Origin: Spirochaetales bacterium | GTDB taxonomy: Bacteria > Spirochaetota > Spirochaetia > SZUA-6 > JAFGRV01 | Assembly (NCBI GenBank): GCA_016935735.1 | Contig: JAFGQK010000175.1 | Coordinates: 2,699 to 66,698 of the forward strand | DNA length: 64,000 bases | Direction of reading: 5' to 3' | Shown here: piece after piece, positions 47,660-59,528 of the stretch | How positions within the stretch are numbered: the stretch's first letter is position 1 | How the letters are laid out: the number at the start of each line of letters is the position of its first letter | Position numbers and translations under genes: made by a program | Notes under the pieces: generated by a model | What the model was told of the DNA's origin: nothing | Databases searched by the model: none | What the model saw: only the letters and a program-made list of their open reading frames with translations

Positions 47660-47698
47660 GAAGAGGTCTCTTTATCCCAGAGACCTCTTTTCTATTAT
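47660..47698. terminator. Rho-independent terminator (AGAGGTCTCT-TTATCCC-AGAGACCTCT followed by TTTTCTATT)
   Basis: A perfect 10-bp stem after the GH9 gene. It could also serve the convergent xseB gene. Confidence 0.6.
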
Positions 47699-47811
47699 AG
47701 ATGAACCACCTTATAATATTACAGTTAAATACTTATTCATTATTTTACCAAAAGATTACAATTCACACTTTCTACTTTAACTGGTATGATTATTCATACA
47801 TATTTTGCTTA

Positions 47812-48051
47812 TTACTCCTCCTCATTCAACTCAGGAAATAATTCCAGTTCCGGTCTTGTCTCTTTTCTATCAGGTTTATTTATAAGAATCTCTATTTTTC
47901 GTTCAATCTTTGCAAGTTCTTTTTCAAGCCCTCTGGAAAGAGAAATTCCTTCCTCAAAAAGTGATACAGCTTTTTCAAGAGGGAGTTTTCCGTCCTGGAT
48001 CTCTTCGCTAATTCCTTCAAGACGGGTTAAACGTTCTTCAAAGCTTTTCAT
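47812..48051 (-). CDS. xseB: Exodeoxyribonuclease VII small subunit
   Basis: The 79-aa product 'MKSFEERLTRLEGISEEIQDGKLPLEKAVSLFEEGISLSRGLEKEL' is typical XseB. It overlaps the xseA stop. Confidence 0.8.
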   Translation of the reverse strand: MKSFEERLTRLEGISEEIQDGKLPLEKAVSLFEEGISLSRGLEKELAKIERKIEILINKPDRKETRPELELFPELNEEE

Positions 48052-49279
48052 AACTTTTTTTCTCCTTTACAAGTGCAGATAGTTCACCTTTATATAATCT
48101 TATATGAATATCATCGCCTTTTTCAACCGGGTCCGGGGAGGTGAGTAATTTCCCGGATTTTTTATCCGTCACCAGGGCATATCCTTTTTTCAATATATCC
48201 AGGGGGGAACTGGAAACGAGTTTTTGATCGAGTATTGCCAGCCTGTGCCTGTATTCCCGGATCCTGTCCTTATATCCGTCAAGTATTGCTTCCTTTGCAT
48301 CGTCAAAACGGAAAAGAATTGGCTGGATATACTGACGGAAATTCCTCTCCAGGTTCATGGGTGTAAATTGTGAAAGAAGGATACGGATTTTCTCTATTCG
48401 TTGATCCAGGGATTGTATAATCCTGGTTTTCGCTTCAAAAACCCGGCGGATAAGTTCATCCCTGGAAGCTGAAACAAGTTCTGCGGCAGCAGATGGGGTT
48501 GGAGCCCGGACATCAGCTGCTAGATCAGAAAGAGTGATATCGATCTCATGACCCACAGCAGAAATAACGGGGATTTCCGATTCTGCAATCGCCCGGACAA
48601 CTGTTTCATCATAAAAAGGAAGCAGATCCTCGAGAGAACCTCCACCCCGGCCAATAATAAGGACTTCACCAAGGGAGTGAAGGTTGGCAATCATGATTTG
48701 CTGTGCAATTATAAAAGCAGCTTCATCACCCTGCACAGGAGCAGGCAGAAGCACAAGGTTAATACCGGAATGTCTTCTTCGCAATACACGAAGAATATCC
48801 CGGATTGCTGCACCGGTAGGGGAAGTGATAACAGCCACTTTTGATGGAAGAAGGGGCAGAGGTTTTTTTCTTGCTTCATCAAATAACCCCTCCTCTGCAA
48901 GCTTTTTCTTTCGTGCTTCAAGCATTGCAAGAATATCACCAATTCCTGCTTTTTCTAAAATATCACAAATTAATTGATAATTCCCCCGCCTGGGATAAAC
49001 AGAAATATTTCCTTTTGCCCTTACAAGCATCCCATCTGCCGGCATAAATTCTAAAAAAGGAATTTTCCCTTTAAACATAACCGCAGAAAGCACAGCTTCT
49101 GTATCCTTTAAACTAAAGTAATAATGCCCTGTACTTGAAGGCCGGAAATTGGATATTTCTCCTTCAACTGAAATATCAGGGAACTCGCCTTCAAGAAGAT
49201 TTTTTATCAGGAAGGTAATTTCTTTGACTTTATAGTATTTCTCCTGGTCATTGTATTGTGCAAAAGGATTATTCACCAT
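48038..49279 (-). CDS. xseA: Exodeoxyribonuclease VII large subunit
   Basis: The N-terminal OB fold is 'VEGEISNFRPSSTGHYYFSLKD'. The catalytic domain is 'VITSPTGAAIRD...RGGGS'. Confidence 0.85.
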   Translation of the reverse strand: MVNNPFAQYNDQEKYYKVKEITFLIKNLLEGEFPDISVEGEISNFRPSSTGHYYFSLKDTEAVLSAVMFKGKIPFLEFMPADGMLVRAKGNISVYPRRGNYQLICDILEKAGIGDILAMLEARKKKLAEEGLFDEARKKPLPLLPSKVAVITSPTGAAIRDILRVLRRRHSGINLVLLPAPVQGDEAAFIIAQQIMIANLHSLGEVLIIGRGGGSLEDLLPFYDETVVRAIAESEIPVISAVGHEIDITLSDLAADVRAPTPSAAAELVSASRDELIRRVFEAKTRIIQSLDQRIEKIRILLSQFTPMNLERNFRQYIQPILFRFDDAKEAILDGYKDRIREYRHRLAILDQKLVSSSPLDILKKGYALVTDKKSGKLLTSPDPVEKGDDIHIRLYKGELSALVKEKKSYEKL

Positions 49280-49280
49280 A

Positions 49281-50633
49281 CTACTTTTGATTCATATCCA
49301 TCGCATACATCACCAGTCCGGAAACAGGCTTTGGATAAAAATATGTTGATTTTCTAGGCATCCTCTCTCTATTTTCAGAAATTTTTATCACATCCTCCAG
49401 TCTGGTGGGATTAAGGATTACCAATGCTTCCATATTCCCGGACCTCACCTCGTTCACTGCTTTATACGGGTCTGTAATATACTTGATCTTTGTATTCAGC
49501 GAAAGTTGTTCTTCTGATATTCCGAGTATTCGCTGTAACAAAAGGTAATTCACAATGTTTACATCAAGAAGTTTCCAGTCCAGGGAATAGTTCCCTTGAA
49601 TAAGATTACTATATGCGTTTGAATTTTTAAGTGTTAGAAGGAAATAACAGTTTTTATGTTTTGCATAAAATCCGAGCTTATGATCCTGCGGGTTTATTGT
49701 CTTGATATCGGAAAGCCACTTTTTCTGGATATCATTTTCATTTGTTCCATCCCATGAATACCGTTTCACATAAAAGTGATCTTCTATTTCATTTATAGCA
49801 TTTTCCCAGTCTGAAATATTCAGATCATGAAGCATAATATGGGTTGGAAGAATCGTCAGGCCTTCGTGTTTATAATTTACCAGGTACATAAGAATATATT
49901 CCCATGGAGCATCCGGGCCTGCATTGGGATATTTTTTACGGTATTCATTCCGGATATGAAGCATTGTAGCATAACGGTGATGCCCGTCTGCAATATAAAT
50001 TTTACTTTCCTTCATGATATTATGAATAATCTCGCATTTTTCAGGGTCAACAAGCCTCCAGAGTTTATGTTGAACATTATAGTCTTTTTCAAAATAATTA
50101 AGAATTTCAGACTGCTTTTCGCATTCATCCAGGATCGAATTAATGCGAAATCCCATATCCTCATAGAGACACCAGATATATTCAAATTGAGTATTGGTAA
50201 TTTCAGTGAGTTTTATCCTGTCCTCAACCGGATTCTTTAATACCTTTTCATGCGGGAGAATCCGCATCTCATCATAATCATACAACCGGACTTTTCCGAT
50301 AAATCCCTTTACTTTCTTTTTCCCGGTTAAAGGGGTCTCAAACTCCTGCTCATAAACCCAGAAAGACGATCGTACAGTCTTATGAAGAATATCCCCGGAC
50401 TTCCATAACGAGAGTAAATCCCGTGCCCTGGTATACCTGTTATCCGTTTCATTATCGTTTTTAAATTTTTTTCCCAGAATCAGGCGTATGATATTGTATT
50501 CATGTTGCTGGTAATAGAGTTCCTGCTGTTCCGGAGAGATTACATCATATGGCTGTGAAAGGCACTGGCCTATATTTTCTATTTTATCAGGGTTATAGTG
50601 AAGAGATCTGAATGGTTGTACATCATTAATCAT
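49281..50633 (-). CDS. DUF1015-family protein
   Basis: 'MINDVQPFRSLHYNP' is the N-terminal signature. The protein is ~450 aa. 'IADGHHRYA' is a conserved motif of this family. Confidence 0.55.
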   Translation of the reverse strand: MINDVQPFRSLHYNPDKIENIGQCLSQPYDVISPEQQELYYQQHEYNIIRLILGKKFKNDNETDNRYTRARDLLSLWKSGDILHKTVRSSFWVYEQEFETPLTGKKKVKGFIGKVRLYDYDEMRILPHEKVLKNPVEDRIKLTEITNTQFEYIWCLYEDMGFRINSILDECEKQSEILNYFEKDYNVQHKLWRLVDPEKCEIIHNIMKESKIYIADGHHRYATMLHIRNEYRKKYPNAGPDAPWEYILMYLVNYKHEGLTILPTHIMLHDLNISDWENAINEIEDHFYVKRYSWDGTNENDIQKKWLSDIKTINPQDHKLGFYAKHKNCYFLLTLKNSNAYSNLIQGNYSLDWKLLDVNIVNYLLLQRILGISEEQLSLNTKIKYITDPYKAVNEVRSGNMEALVILNPTRLEDVIKISENRERMPRKSTYFYPKPVSGLVMYAMDMNQK

Positions 50634-50732
50634 TTTGCATAAAAATCCTTTCCCGATTAATATTGCGGTATTTTATACAGACAGGCATGGATGGTCAAGG
50701 GGAAAAGGATCGGAGGTTACAATTTCGGAAAC

Positions 50733-51410
50733 TTATTCAGTCTCCCGTTGTAATAATATTGTAATTGTTTCCCGTGCAGTATCTACAACCAATTTGTTCC
50801 TGGATAGCTTTACAAACGATTGGCAGAGAAATAGATAATCATCATTCCCGATCTGCTTAATTGTATCAAGCAGGCAGATAATTTCTTCATTTATCCTGAT
50901 ATCCGGCATCCCATTTGTCTGTTTTAAGATGGACAGAAGATAATTTCCTTCTGTCATACAAAAAGCAAAGGAAGAAAGATCATGGATATGGAGAATCATC
51001 CACATAATCTGGCATTTTAATAATGGATCATGAAATACATGAATCCGGGAAACAAGATACTCGATTGCTTTTTTATTTATGAGAATTCGTGCAGCTAATT
51101 CATCCTGTTCAAAATCCGGGTGAAAAACCGAAAAAAGGAGGACACGTAAAAGGTACTCATACCTGTTTTTTTTGTATTGATCCATATAACTCATTATTCC
51201 AAAAATATATTCTTCCACATAAGGATCGGCACGTTGCCCCAGATATTTTACTATACAAATCTGGTCTGTCAGATCCTGGGAAAATAACAGCTTAAGGAGA
51301 AAAGGATCATCTGATCTATCTGACAAAATAATTATCTGCCTGCAATCCAGGGAATTGACAGGATATATAGAAAAACAAATAAAACAGGCAAGAAAAAGCT
51401 TTTTCATCAA
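50733..51410 (-). CDS. Secreted hypothetical protein (225 aa)
   Basis: It has a signal peptide and is divergent from recA. I recognise no domain. Confidence 0.45.
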   Translation of the reverse strand: MMKKLFLACFICFSIYPVNSLDCRQIIILSDRSDDPFLLKLLFSQDLTDQICIVKYLGQRADPYVEEYIFGIMSYMDQYKKNRYEYLLRVLLFSVFHPDFEQDELAARILINKKAIEYLVSRIHVFHDPLLKCQIMWMILHIHDLSSFAFCMTEGNYLLSILKQTNGMPDIRINEEIICLLDTIKQIGNDDYLFLCQSFVKLSRNKLVVDTARETITILLQRETE

Positions 51411-51620
51411 TTAATTATATCGACAAGACTCTTGACCCGGAACATATCAGAATATAATATTGATTAAAATGAGGAGGGGAAAACAGGTAAATACACAAGA
51501 AAATTCCAGAAAATAAGACTATTTTCCTGTAAAAAATGCATAAAAAAGAAAAAAAATGATTTTATGCAATGCAGGAGGAACATTTTAGTATTTAGTATAG
51601 TATAAGAAAGGGGATAATAT

Positions 51621-52745
51621 ATGGCAAAAAGCAATTATACAAAAAAAGATGTGACGAAAGTTGAAAACATACAGGAACGGTTAAAAGCCCTGGAAGCAGC
51701 AAAGCTTCAGATAGAAAAGCAATTCGGAAAAGGTGCTCTAATGAAACTCGGTTCAAGTCCGCAGAAAGTAGAATCCGGGGTTATACCATCCGGGTCATTG
51801 CTTCTGGATGCAGCTCTTGGAATAGGAGGGTATCCAAGGGGAAGGATCATTGAAATATTCGGACCTGAATCATCAGGGAAAACAACCCTTGCCCTTCATG
51901 CAATTGCAGAAGCCCAGAAACTGGATGGGGTTGCAGCTTTTATTGATGCTGAACATGCACTTGATCCGGGATATGCAAAAAATCTCGGGGTAAATATCGA
52001 TGAACTATGGGTATCCCAGCCGGATACCGGGGAACAGGCACTTGAAATTACCGAATCCCTGGTACGGTCCGGGGCTGTTGATATTATTGTCCTTGATTCT
52101 GTTGCAGCACTCACGCCAAGAGCAGAAATTGAAGGAGTTATGGGGGATTCACATGTAGGACTCCAGGCAAGGTTAATGAGTCAGGCTTTAAGAAAACTTA
52201 CCGGGATTATATCAAAATCCAACTGCTGTATTGTTTTCATCAACCAGATACGTATGAAGATCGGGGTAATGTTCGGAAATCCGGAAACAACCACCGGGGG
52301 AAAAGCACTCAAATTTTATTCGACAATCAGGCTGGAAGTACGGAGAATCGAATCAATCTCTCAAGGAAGTGAAAATATTATAGGAAACAAGGTCAGGGTA
52401 AAGGTGGTGAAAAATAAAATAGCCCCCCCGTTTAAAAAGGTGGAGCTTGAACTTATATTCGGTAAAGGAATCTCTGCCAGTGCAAGCCTTCTTGATCTTG
52501 CAGTAGAGAATAATATTATTGTTAAAACCGGTTCCTGGTATGCATTTGGAACAGAAAAAATAGGGCAGGGGAGAGAGAATGCAAAGCTTTTTCTTGAAAA
52601 GAATACCGATATTTTTTTAGAAATAGAAAAGAAGTTGAAAGGAATCCTTTTTCCTGATAAGATTCAGGTCGAATCTGAAGAAAAAAAAGTGAAAAAGACT
52701 ATACGTCCGGAAAGCTTACAGGATGAAGAAAAAGAGCTTTTTTAA
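51621..52745 (+). CDS. recA: Recombinase A
   Basis: Walker A is 'GPESSGKTT'. 'FIDAEHALD' and '[14 protein letters not shown]' are canonical RecA motifs. A C-terminal acidic tail is present. Confidence 0.95.
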   Translation: MAKSNYTKKDVTKVENIQERLKALEAAKLQIEKQFGKGALMKLGSSPQKVESGVIPSGSLLLDAALGIGGYPRGRIIEIFGPESSGKTTLALHAIAEAQKLDGVAAFIDAEHALDPGYAKNLGVNIDELWVSQPDTGEQALEITESLVRSGAVDIIVLDSVAALTPRAEIEGVMGDSHVGLQARLMSQALRKLTGIISKSNCCIVFINQIRMKIGVMFGNPETTTGGKALKFYSTIRLEVRRIESISQGSENIIGNKVRVKVVKNKIAPPFKKVELELIFGKGISASASLLDLAVENNIIVKTGSWYAFGTEKIGQGRENAKLFLEKNTDIFLEIEKKLKGILFPDKIQVESEEKKVKKTIRPESLQDEEKELF

Positions 52746-52783
52746 AGCAAAGAAACTTACTGTATGGGGAGCGGAGAGAATAT

Positions 52784-53302
52784 ATGAATGCCTTAAAAAA
52801 GGCAAAAGTATTCCTGTCATTGGGAACCAATATGGGGAACCGGAAAAAGAATTTACAAATGGTTTATACACAGCTGAGTTTGGAATTATCCTCCTTGAGG
52901 ATTTCCCCTCTTTATGAGACACTCCCCCTGTATGTGAAAGACCAGCCCGAATTTTTAAACTGTGTGGTAAGCGGGGAAACAGGGAAGTCGCCATATGAAT
53001 TACTCGATTATGTTTTGGATCTTGAACAAACAACCGGACGTACCAGGACAAATTCACAAAACAAGGGTCCCCGGGTTATTGATATAGATATTCTTCTTTA
53101 TAATAAAGAGATTATCAATCAGAAACAACTTCAAATCCCCCACCCGGGAATGTATGAAAGACAGTTTGTGCTTATACCGCTTCTGGAACTCGAACCGGAT
53201 TTACAGGATCCTGTATCCGGTCACCCTTTTTCTTTTTTCCTGGAAGGGTTGAATAACCAGGGTGTTAATTTATATACAGAGAAAGGAACATATACACCTT
53301 AA
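52784..53302 (+). CDS. folK: 2-amino-4-hydroxy-6-hydroxymethyldihydropteridine pyrophosphokinase (HPPK)
   Basis: 'VFLSLGTNMGN' and 'GPRVIDIDILLY' are HPPK motifs. Confidence 0.8.
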   Translation: MNALKKAKVFLSLGTNMGNRKKNLQMVYTQLSLELSSLRISPLYETLPLYVKDQPEFLNCVVSGETGKSPYELLDYVLDLEQTTGRTRTNSQNKGPRVIDIDILLYNKEIINQKQLQIPHPGMYERQFVLIPLLELEPDLQDPVSGHPFSFFLEGLNNQGVNLYTEKGTYTP

Positions 53303-53312
53303 AACAACCGGA

Positions 53313-54044
53313 ATGGAACAGACCAGTATACAGAGTAAAATAAAGTATAAACTCGATAAGTTTGAAGGTCCTCTGGATCTTTTGCTTTTTCTTATAAAAA
53401 AGGCGGAAGTGAATATTTATGATATCCCGATTGCACAGATAACAGAGCAGTATATTGAATACCTGGATTATGCGACGAAAATTGATCTTGAAAATATTAC
53501 AGAATTTTATATTATGGCAACAACCCTGCTTTATATAAAATCAAGAATGCTGCTTCCCATTGAAACGAATCTGGATGAAGAAATTGAAGATCCAAGACAG
53601 GAGCTTATCGAACGGCTTATTGAATACCAGAAACTTAAAAAGCTTACCAGTATGATTTCAGATAAGGAAACTGAATGGCTTATTGAAAGAAAAAAAAACC
53701 AGAAAATACTCCCCTTCCCGGAAAAGGATTTCTGGGAGCAGGCACAGATATGGGATCTGTTGAAACTTTTTTCCAGTATGGTATCCTCATTAACAACAGA
53801 AAGAATTATCGATCTGTATGAAGAAGTCACGGTGAATGAGAAAATCACCCTGATCAGGGAGCTCATCGAAACACATGGGGAATTTCTTTTCACTGACCTT
53901 ATAAAAAAAGAAAAATCCGTAAGTGAAATCGTCTGCGCCTTTCTTGCAGTACTGGAACTGGTAAAAATGAGACAGATTCTCGTATTTCAAAACAGGCTTT
54001 TTGGAGATATCAGAATAAAGCAACAGATAAAAAAGGAATCTTAA
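53313..54044 (+). CDS. scpA: Segregation and condensation protein A
   Basis: I set the start at 'MEQTSIQSKIKYKLDKFEGPLDLLLFLIKK' (the ScpA N-terminal signature), downstream of the folK stop. Confidence 0.75.
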   Translation: MEQTSIQSKIKYKLDKFEGPLDLLLFLIKKAEVNIYDIPIAQITEQYIEYLDYATKIDLENITEFYIMATTLLYIKSRMLLPIETNLDEEIEDPRQELIERLIEYQKLKKLTSMISDKETEWLIERKKNQKILPFPEKDFWEQAQIWDLLKLFSSMVSSLTTERIIDLYEEVTVNEKITLIRELIETHGEFLFTDLIKKEKSVSEIVCAFLAVLELVKMRQILVFQNRLFGDIRIKQQIKKES

Positions 54045-54069
54045 GATGATATGTCTGGAGGAAATGTGA

Positions 54070-54639
54070 ATGGAGTTTATAAATGAGGCCCGGTTTATAG
54101 AAACGATTCTTTTTCTGGAAGGTGAACCGATAGACATAAAAACCCTTTCAAGAATTTCCAATCTTTCCAGGGATGTGGTGCTTAAGGCAATCATTACCCT
54201 GCAGGATGAATATAAAAAAGATCATCATGGCCTTGAAGTAATTGAAATCGGGGGCGGATTTACTTTCTCGCCAAAGAAAGAACTCTGGCCTTCGTTAAAA
54301 GACAGGTATGGAAAAAAAAGTGATTATAAATTATCACGTGCGGCAATGGAAACACTCTCGATTATTGCTTACTCCCAGCCCATAACAAGAAATGAGGTAG
54401 AAACTCTCCGGGGCGTTTCGGCTGATGGAATGATAAAGCTTCTTTTAACAAAATCTCTTATTAAGGAAGTAGGGAAAAAGGATGTGCCGGGAAAACCTGT
54501 TCAATATGGAACAACAAGGGAATTTTTAAAGCTTTTCCGGCTTAAAAGTATTGCTGATCTTCCAAAGCTGGAAGAGCTTGAAAAAGAACGATTTGAAGAA
54601 GAAGATGACAGAGAAAGCGACAAACCCGGGGAAAAGTAA
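54070..54639 (+). CDS. scpB: Segregation and condensation protein B
   Basis: 'IETILFLEGEPIDIKTLSRI' and 'AMETLSIIAYSQPITRNEVETLRGV' are ScpB winged-helix motifs. Confidence 0.75.
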   Translation: MEFINEARFIETILFLEGEPIDIKTLSRISNLSRDVVLKAIITLQDEYKKDHHGLEVIEIGGGFTFSPKKELWPSLKDRYGKKSDYKLSRAAMETLSIIAYSQPITRNEVETLRGVSADGMIKLLLTKSLIKEVGKKDVPGKPVQYGTTREFLKLFRLKSIADLPKLEELEKERFEEEDDRESDKPGEK

Positions 54640-55366
54640 AATAAGACTTCAGGTTTTTATGGCACAATGCGGGATCGGTTCCAGAAGAAAATGTGAAGAG
54701 TATATCCGGGAAGAAAAGATCAGGGTAAATGGCAGGATTATTACAACACCTGGGTTCAAAGTATCACAGACAGATATTGTTTATTTTGAAAAGCAAAGAA
54801 TAATCCCTGTTAAAGAAAAGATATATATTGCACTTTACAAACCAGCCGGGTATCTCTGTTCGCATACTGATCAATTTAAAAGACCCCTTGCAGAAGAATT
54901 ATTTAAAAATATAGTGAAACAAAGGCTTTTTCATGTAGGAAGGCTTGATTATCTATCGAGTGGTCTTATTTTTTTTACAAATGACGGGGAATTCGCATAT
55001 CATATTACACATCCATCTTTTGAAATACAAAAGGAATATATAGTAAAAACCAGGAAAAAAATTTCTGAATCATTGCTTATTAAATACCAGCAGGGATTAA
55101 GAATAGAGAATAAAACTTACTTATTAAAGGAATTTCAATATATAACCCCATTTAAAGTGAAATTAACAATAGCAGAAGGACAGAACAGGGAAATACGGCG
55201 GGTTTTTCGCTATTTCAATATTCCGGTAAAAGGAATTCATAGAGTCAGAATTGGTATCGTAGAGTTAAGTCCTTTACAACCCGGTGAGTTCAGGCATCTT
55301 TCTCGGAAAGAAGTTACGTGGTTTTTTCAGGAAAAAAACGATAAAACAGGCAAAATGTCCGTATAA
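54605..55366 (+). CDS. rluB: rRNA pseudouridine synthase (RluB/RsuA family) with N-terminal S4 domain
   Basis: The S4 domain is 'IRLQVFMAQCGIGSRRKCEEYIREEKIRVNG'. The catalytic motif is 'HVGRLDYLSSGLIFFTNDG'. The internal Met start overlaps the scpB end by 35 nt. Confidence 0.75.
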   Translation: MTEKATNPGKSKIRLQVFMAQCGIGSRRKCEEYIREEKIRVNGRIITTPGFKVSQTDIVYFEKQRIIPVKEKIYIALYKPAGYLCSHTDQFKRPLAEELFKNIVKQRLFHVGRLDYLSSGLIFFTNDGEFAYHITHPSFEIQKEYIVKTRKKISESLLIKYQQGLRIENKTYLLKEFQYITPFKVKLTIAEGQNREIRRVFRYFNIPVKGIHRVRIGIVELSPLQPGEFRHLSRKEVTWFFQEKNDKTGKMSV

Positions 55367-55492
55367 AAAATAATACATTTATTAAAAATTACCCTTCTAT
55401 GGGCTTGACCAATATTCGTTCATATGTCACATTATAGACAGGTTTTTAATAACTTTCACATTTTATATTTATATCAGGAGAACGTGATAGGT

Positions 55493-57202
55493 ATGGATTT
55501 AGAAAATAAGAAAGAAGCAGACAAGATAAACCAGACAGATCAAATGGATCTTCAGGAGCAGTATTTAGATAATCTCCAACCTATCAAAGAAGGGCAACTT
55601 GTCAATGGTACAATTGTGGAGATAAATGCCGAATTTGTATTTATTGATGTCGGTTATAAGTCTGAAGGCAAGATTGATATTTCCGAATTCGAGACCCCTC
55701 CCAAAATAGGCGATACCCTGGATGTTATTATTGTTCGTACAGAAAATGCAGATGGATCTGTCTCTGTATCAAAAAGAAAAGCAGATGAAAAGATATTCTG
55801 GAAGAATCTTAAAAAGTCATTTAACGAAAAACTCCCGGTAGAAGGGAAAATTGCAAGAAGTATTAAGGGTGGATATGAGATAGATATGGGATATAATGTT
55901 CGTGCATTTATGCCCCTTTCGAAAGCAGATGTCAAGCATATTACCGATCTTTCAGAACTTCTTAATAAAGAATCCCTTTTCCGGATTGAAAGACTGTATT
56001 CGGAAGGAAAAATCAATATTATCCTTTCCCGTCGTGCATGGCTGGAAGAAGAGATACAGAAAAGACAGGATAATTTTTTCGATACTGTCCAGGTGGGAGA
56101 TATTGTAAAAGGAACAGTGAAAAGCTTTACTGCATTTGGTGCTTTTATTGATATCGGCGGTTTTGATGGCCTTCTCCATATCAATGATATGAGCTGGGGG
56201 CATGTAAAAAAACCGAAAGAAATCATCAGTAAGGGAGAAGAATTGGAACTCAAGGTAATAAAACTTGATCCAGACGAAAAGCGTATTAACCTGAGTTTAA
56301 AGCATCTAAAAGATGATCCATGGTCTCATTTTGAAGATAAATACGAACTGGGCGAGGTTATTACTGGAACAGTAACGAAATTGACAAATTTTGGCGCATT
56401 TATTGAACTCGAGGAAGGAATCGAAGGACTCGCACATATTTCAGAACTTTCCTGGGTAAAGCGGATACGGAATCCAAAGGAAATTTTAAGTGAAGGTGAT
56501 AAAGTTGATGTAAAAATACTCAATTATGATATTGAAAAAGGAAAAATCTCTCTGGGACTCAAACAAGTACATCCGAATCCCTGGGATGATATTGAGGATC
56601 GTTTCCCGGTAGGCAAACGTGTGAAACTTCCGGTCAAAAATTTGTCCAGCTTTGGTGCTTTTTTTCAACTGGAAGAAGGCATAGACGGGCTTCTTCATCT
56701 TGACGATTTTTCATGGACAAAAAAATACAAACATCCTTCAGAACTTCTTAATCCGGGGGATGAAGTTGAGGTCATGGTCATAGCAATAGACAAAGAGAAT
56801 AGAAAGATCAAGCTAGGATTTAAACAACTGGCAGAAGATCCATGGCAATCCCTGGTGAAAGCATTCCCCAAAGGAAGTATCATAGAAGGAGAAATATCCA
56901 GCATTACAGATTTTGGTATATTCTTAAAAGTACAGGGAGGAATAGAGGGTCTTATTCCCCAGGTACATATATTTGATCCAAAGATTGAAACATTGGAAGA
57001 AGCGATAGCAAAATATTCGGAAGGTGATAAACTGAAAGCTCTGGTGATTGAGGTGAAATCTTCCAAACAAAAACTCACACTCTCGTTAAGAGATTATTAT
57101 AGGATGCTTCAAAAGGAAGAGATTGCAAAGTATATCCATGATGATTCAGATGAAGACAAAACTTCGATAGCTGATTTCATTAAGAATAAACCCTCGAAAT
57201 AA
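55493..57202 (+). CDS. rpsA: 30S ribosomal protein S1
   Basis: It has six S1 repeats with 'G.V..IT.FGAF....GIEGL.HIS' consensus. I set the start at 'MDLENKK', preceded by an AGGAGA RBS. Confidence 0.85.
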   Translation: MDLENKKEADKINQTDQMDLQEQYLDNLQPIKEGQLVNGTIVEINAEFVFIDVGYKSEGKIDISEFETPPKIGDTLDVIIVRTENADGSVSVSKRKADEKIFWKNLKKSFNEKLPVEGKIARSIKGGYEIDMGYNVRAFMPLSKADVKHITDLSELLNKESLFRIERLYSEGKINIILSRRAWLEEEIQKRQDNFFDTVQVGDIVKGTVKSFTAFGAFIDIGGFDGLLHINDMSWGHVKKPKEIISKGEELELKVIKLDPDEKRINLSLKHLKDDPWSHFEDKYELGEVITGTVTKLTNFGAFIELEEGIEGLAHISELSWVKRIRNPKEILSEGDKVDVKILNYDIEKGKISLGLKQVHPNPWDDIEDRFPVGKRVKLPVKNLSSFGAFFQLEEGIDGLLHLDDFSWTKKYKHPSELLNPGDEVEVMVIAIDKENRKIKLGFKQLAEDPWQSLVKAFPKGSIIEGEISSITDFGIFLKVQGGIEGLIPQVHIFDPKIETLEEAIAKYSEGDKLKALVIEVKSSKQKLTLSLRDYYRMLQKEEIAKYIHDDSDEDKTSIADFIKNKPSK

Positions 57203-57221
57203 GAAATTACTTAAGCAGGCG

Positions 57222-58730
57222 ATGATAAAAGTGGAAATTGATCAAAATAAATTTCAAACATTGCTTGAAATTAATACACAAATTAATTCGAATTACGAAG
57301 ACGGTACTCGACTTCTTACTAAAATAATGGAATATGCTACAAATTTCTCCGAAGGAGAGGCTTCTTCCCTTATGCTTATAAACAATGAGAATAACCGGCT
57401 CTATTTTGAAATTGCCCTTGGTGCAAAAGGAAATGAAGTAAAAAAATACTCTCTGGAATCAGGAGAAGGTATTGCCGGGTGGGTGGTACAGAATAATACA
57501 TCGCTTATTGTAAATGATGTGGAATCGGATCCACGTTTTCATGCAGATATCAGCAGGAAGATAGGATTTCCCACCCATTCCATTCTAGCAGTTCCACTGC
57601 GGGTGAAAGACAGGTGTATCGGTGTTCTGGAAATAATCAATAAAAAAGATAAAAAATTATTTAATAACGAGGATTTGCAGTGGCTCGAGATATTTGCAAC
57701 CCAGGTTGCGATAACAATTCAGAATGCAAAGATATACCAGAAAGTGAAAAACGAAGTATCCCAGTTAAAAGAACAGGTTCTTGAAAAGGATGGATATCAC
57801 ACTTTTATTGGGAAGAGTAACAGTATAATGGAAAAGCTCAAAATCGCTACCAGAGCAGCAGGCACGGATTCCTCTGTCCTGCTTCTTGGAGAGAGTGGGG
57901 CAGGGAAAGAACTTTTTGCAGAGCAGATACATCTAAAAAGCAACCGGGCAGATGGACCTTTTATAAGGGTAAACTGTGCAGCCCTTCCTGAATACCTTCT
58001 TGAGAGTGAACTCTTCGGGCATATAAAAGGAGCTTTTACCGGAGCAGTGAATACACGGCGGGGTAAATTCGAGATTGCTCACAGGGGTTCTATTTTCCTT
58101 GATGAAATCGGGGATATTCCTGTTACCCTTCAGACCAAACTTCTTCGAGTAATCCAGCATAAATCATTTGAAAAAGTAGGAAGTAATGATACGATCCAGG
58201 TTGATACAAGGATTATTGCTGCAACAAATAAAGATATAGAAAAAGAAGTACAGGAAAAAAGGTTTCGTGCAGACCTTTTTTACCGGCTGAATGTTCTCCC
58301 GATCTATATCCCCCCGCTAAGGGAAAGAAAGGAAGATATCCCACTGCTGGCAGATTATTTTCTTTCCAGGTTTAAAAAGGAAACGAAAAAGCAGATAAAA
58401 GGATTCACAAAAGAAGCTATGGATCTGCTTTTTTCATACTCCTGGCCAGGGAATATCCGGGAGTTAGAGAATTCCATTGAACGGGCTGTGGTGATCTCCC
58501 AGGCCAGCTATATTACACCAGAGAACTTTATTCTTAACTCGTTTTCCCAATCCCATGAAGATGATTATATGGGAAAAACATTAAAAGATGCTCTTAATCT
58601 GTTTAAGAAGAAATTCCTCACAAAATCATTAAAGGCGAATGGATGGAAACAGACAAAAACAGCAAGAGCTTTGAATATACAGCGGACGTATCTTTCAAGA
58701 CTTATAAAAGAATTGGACATCATTAAATAA
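57222..58730 (+). CDS. Sigma-54-dependent transcriptional activator with N-terminal GAF domain (no receiver domain)
   Basis: An N-terminal GAF domain is present. The AAA+ Walker A is 'GESGAGKE'. 'GAFTGA' contacts sigma-54. 'ELFGH' is also present. The C-terminal Fis-type HTH is '[20 protein letters not shown]'. Confidence 0.85.
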   Translation: MIKVEIDQNKFQTLLEINTQINSNYEDGTRLLTKIMEYATNFSEGEASSLMLINNENNRLYFEIALGAKGNEVKKYSLESGEGIAGWVVQNNTSLIVNDVESDPRFHADISRKIGFPTHSILAVPLRVKDRCIGVLEIINKKDKKLFNNEDLQWLEIFATQVAITIQNAKIYQKVKNEVSQLKEQVLEKDGYHTFIGKSNSIMEKLKIATRAAGTDSSVLLLGESGAGKELFAEQIHLKSNRADGPFIRVNCAALPEYLLESELFGHIKGAFTGAVNTRRGKFEIAHRGSIFLDEIGDIPVTLQTKLLRVIQHKSFEKVGSNDTIQVDTRIIAATNKDIEKEVQEKRFRADLFYRLNVLPIYIPPLRERKEDIPLLADYFLSRFKKETKKQIKGFTKEAMDLLFSYSWPGNIRELENSIERAVVISQASYITPENFILNSFSQSHEDDYMGKTLKDALNLFKKKFLTKSLKANGWKQTKTARALNIQRTYLSRLIKELDIIK

Positions 58731-58745
58731 AAGGAGTTACTTATT

Positions 58746-59432
58746 ATGTCTAAGGAAAAATTAACTTTAAAGCAGAAGATTGTCGAAAGAATTGAAAACT
58801 TTTTTAACCGGCAGTTTACCCTCTTCTGGATTATATTAGGTGTTGTTGTTCTGGTATTGATCGGTATTTTTGTCTGGAATGAGATTGATAAAAGGGTGAA
58901 ACAGGAATCTGCTTCTTTAGTCGAAGAAGCACAGGGAAAATACGCGAAATGGATTTCAGAATCAGATGAGGATAAAAAAGCAGCTCTGGAAGAGGAATTA
59001 CTTGCAGATTTATCGATGATTATTAAAAATTATCCAGATCAGTACGCTACACAGAGAGCTCTTATTATACGGGGCAACCTGTATTATGAAAAAGAAGAAT
59101 GGCAAAAAGCAGCAATAGATTACTCTGATGTTGCAAACTCTTTTCCGAAAAGCTTTTATGCCCCGATAGCTCTTTTTAATGCTGCCATGTGCTATGAAGA
59201 AACTGACGAAGCCGGTTCTGCCATGGGAATTCTTACTAAATTGATAACCTCCTACAAAGATTCATATAATGTTCCCTATGCCCTTTATACAATGGGGCGT
59301 ATTTCAGAGCAAAGGGGACAGAATTCGGATGCTGAAAAATATTACACCCAGCTTAAGGAAGATTACTCTTATAGTAACTGGTCCAAACTCGCTCAAAACA
59401 GAATAATATATTTGAAAATACAGGGACAATAA
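58746..59432 (+). CDS. Membrane-anchored TPR protein (YfgM-like)
   Basis: It has an N-terminal TM helix, 'FTLFWIILGVVVLVLIGIFVW', followed by TPR-like repeats. Confidence 0.5.
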   Translation: MSKEKLTLKQKIVERIENFFNRQFTLFWIILGVVVLVLIGIFVWNEIDKRVKQESASLVEEAQGKYAKWISESDEDKKAALEEELLADLSMIIKNYPDQYATQRALIIRGNLYYEKEEWQKAAIDYSDVANSFPKSFYAPIALFNAAMCYEETDEAGSAMGILTKLITSYKDSYNVPYALYTMGRISEQRGQNSDAEKYYTQLKEDYSYSNWSKLAQNRIIYLKIQGQ

Positions 59433-59528
59433 TAATATAATTTGAGAAAAAGAGAAATATCTTTATACTATATAACATAAAAAGAAAGGGTAATTTCCCG
59501 GTAAAGTATATCGAAAACGGCTGGAGGT

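Noticed and set aside
55654-56253. 199-aa minus-strand ORF (and several shorter ones) inside rpsA
   Set aside because: It is antisense to the highly conserved S1 gene. There is no independent support.
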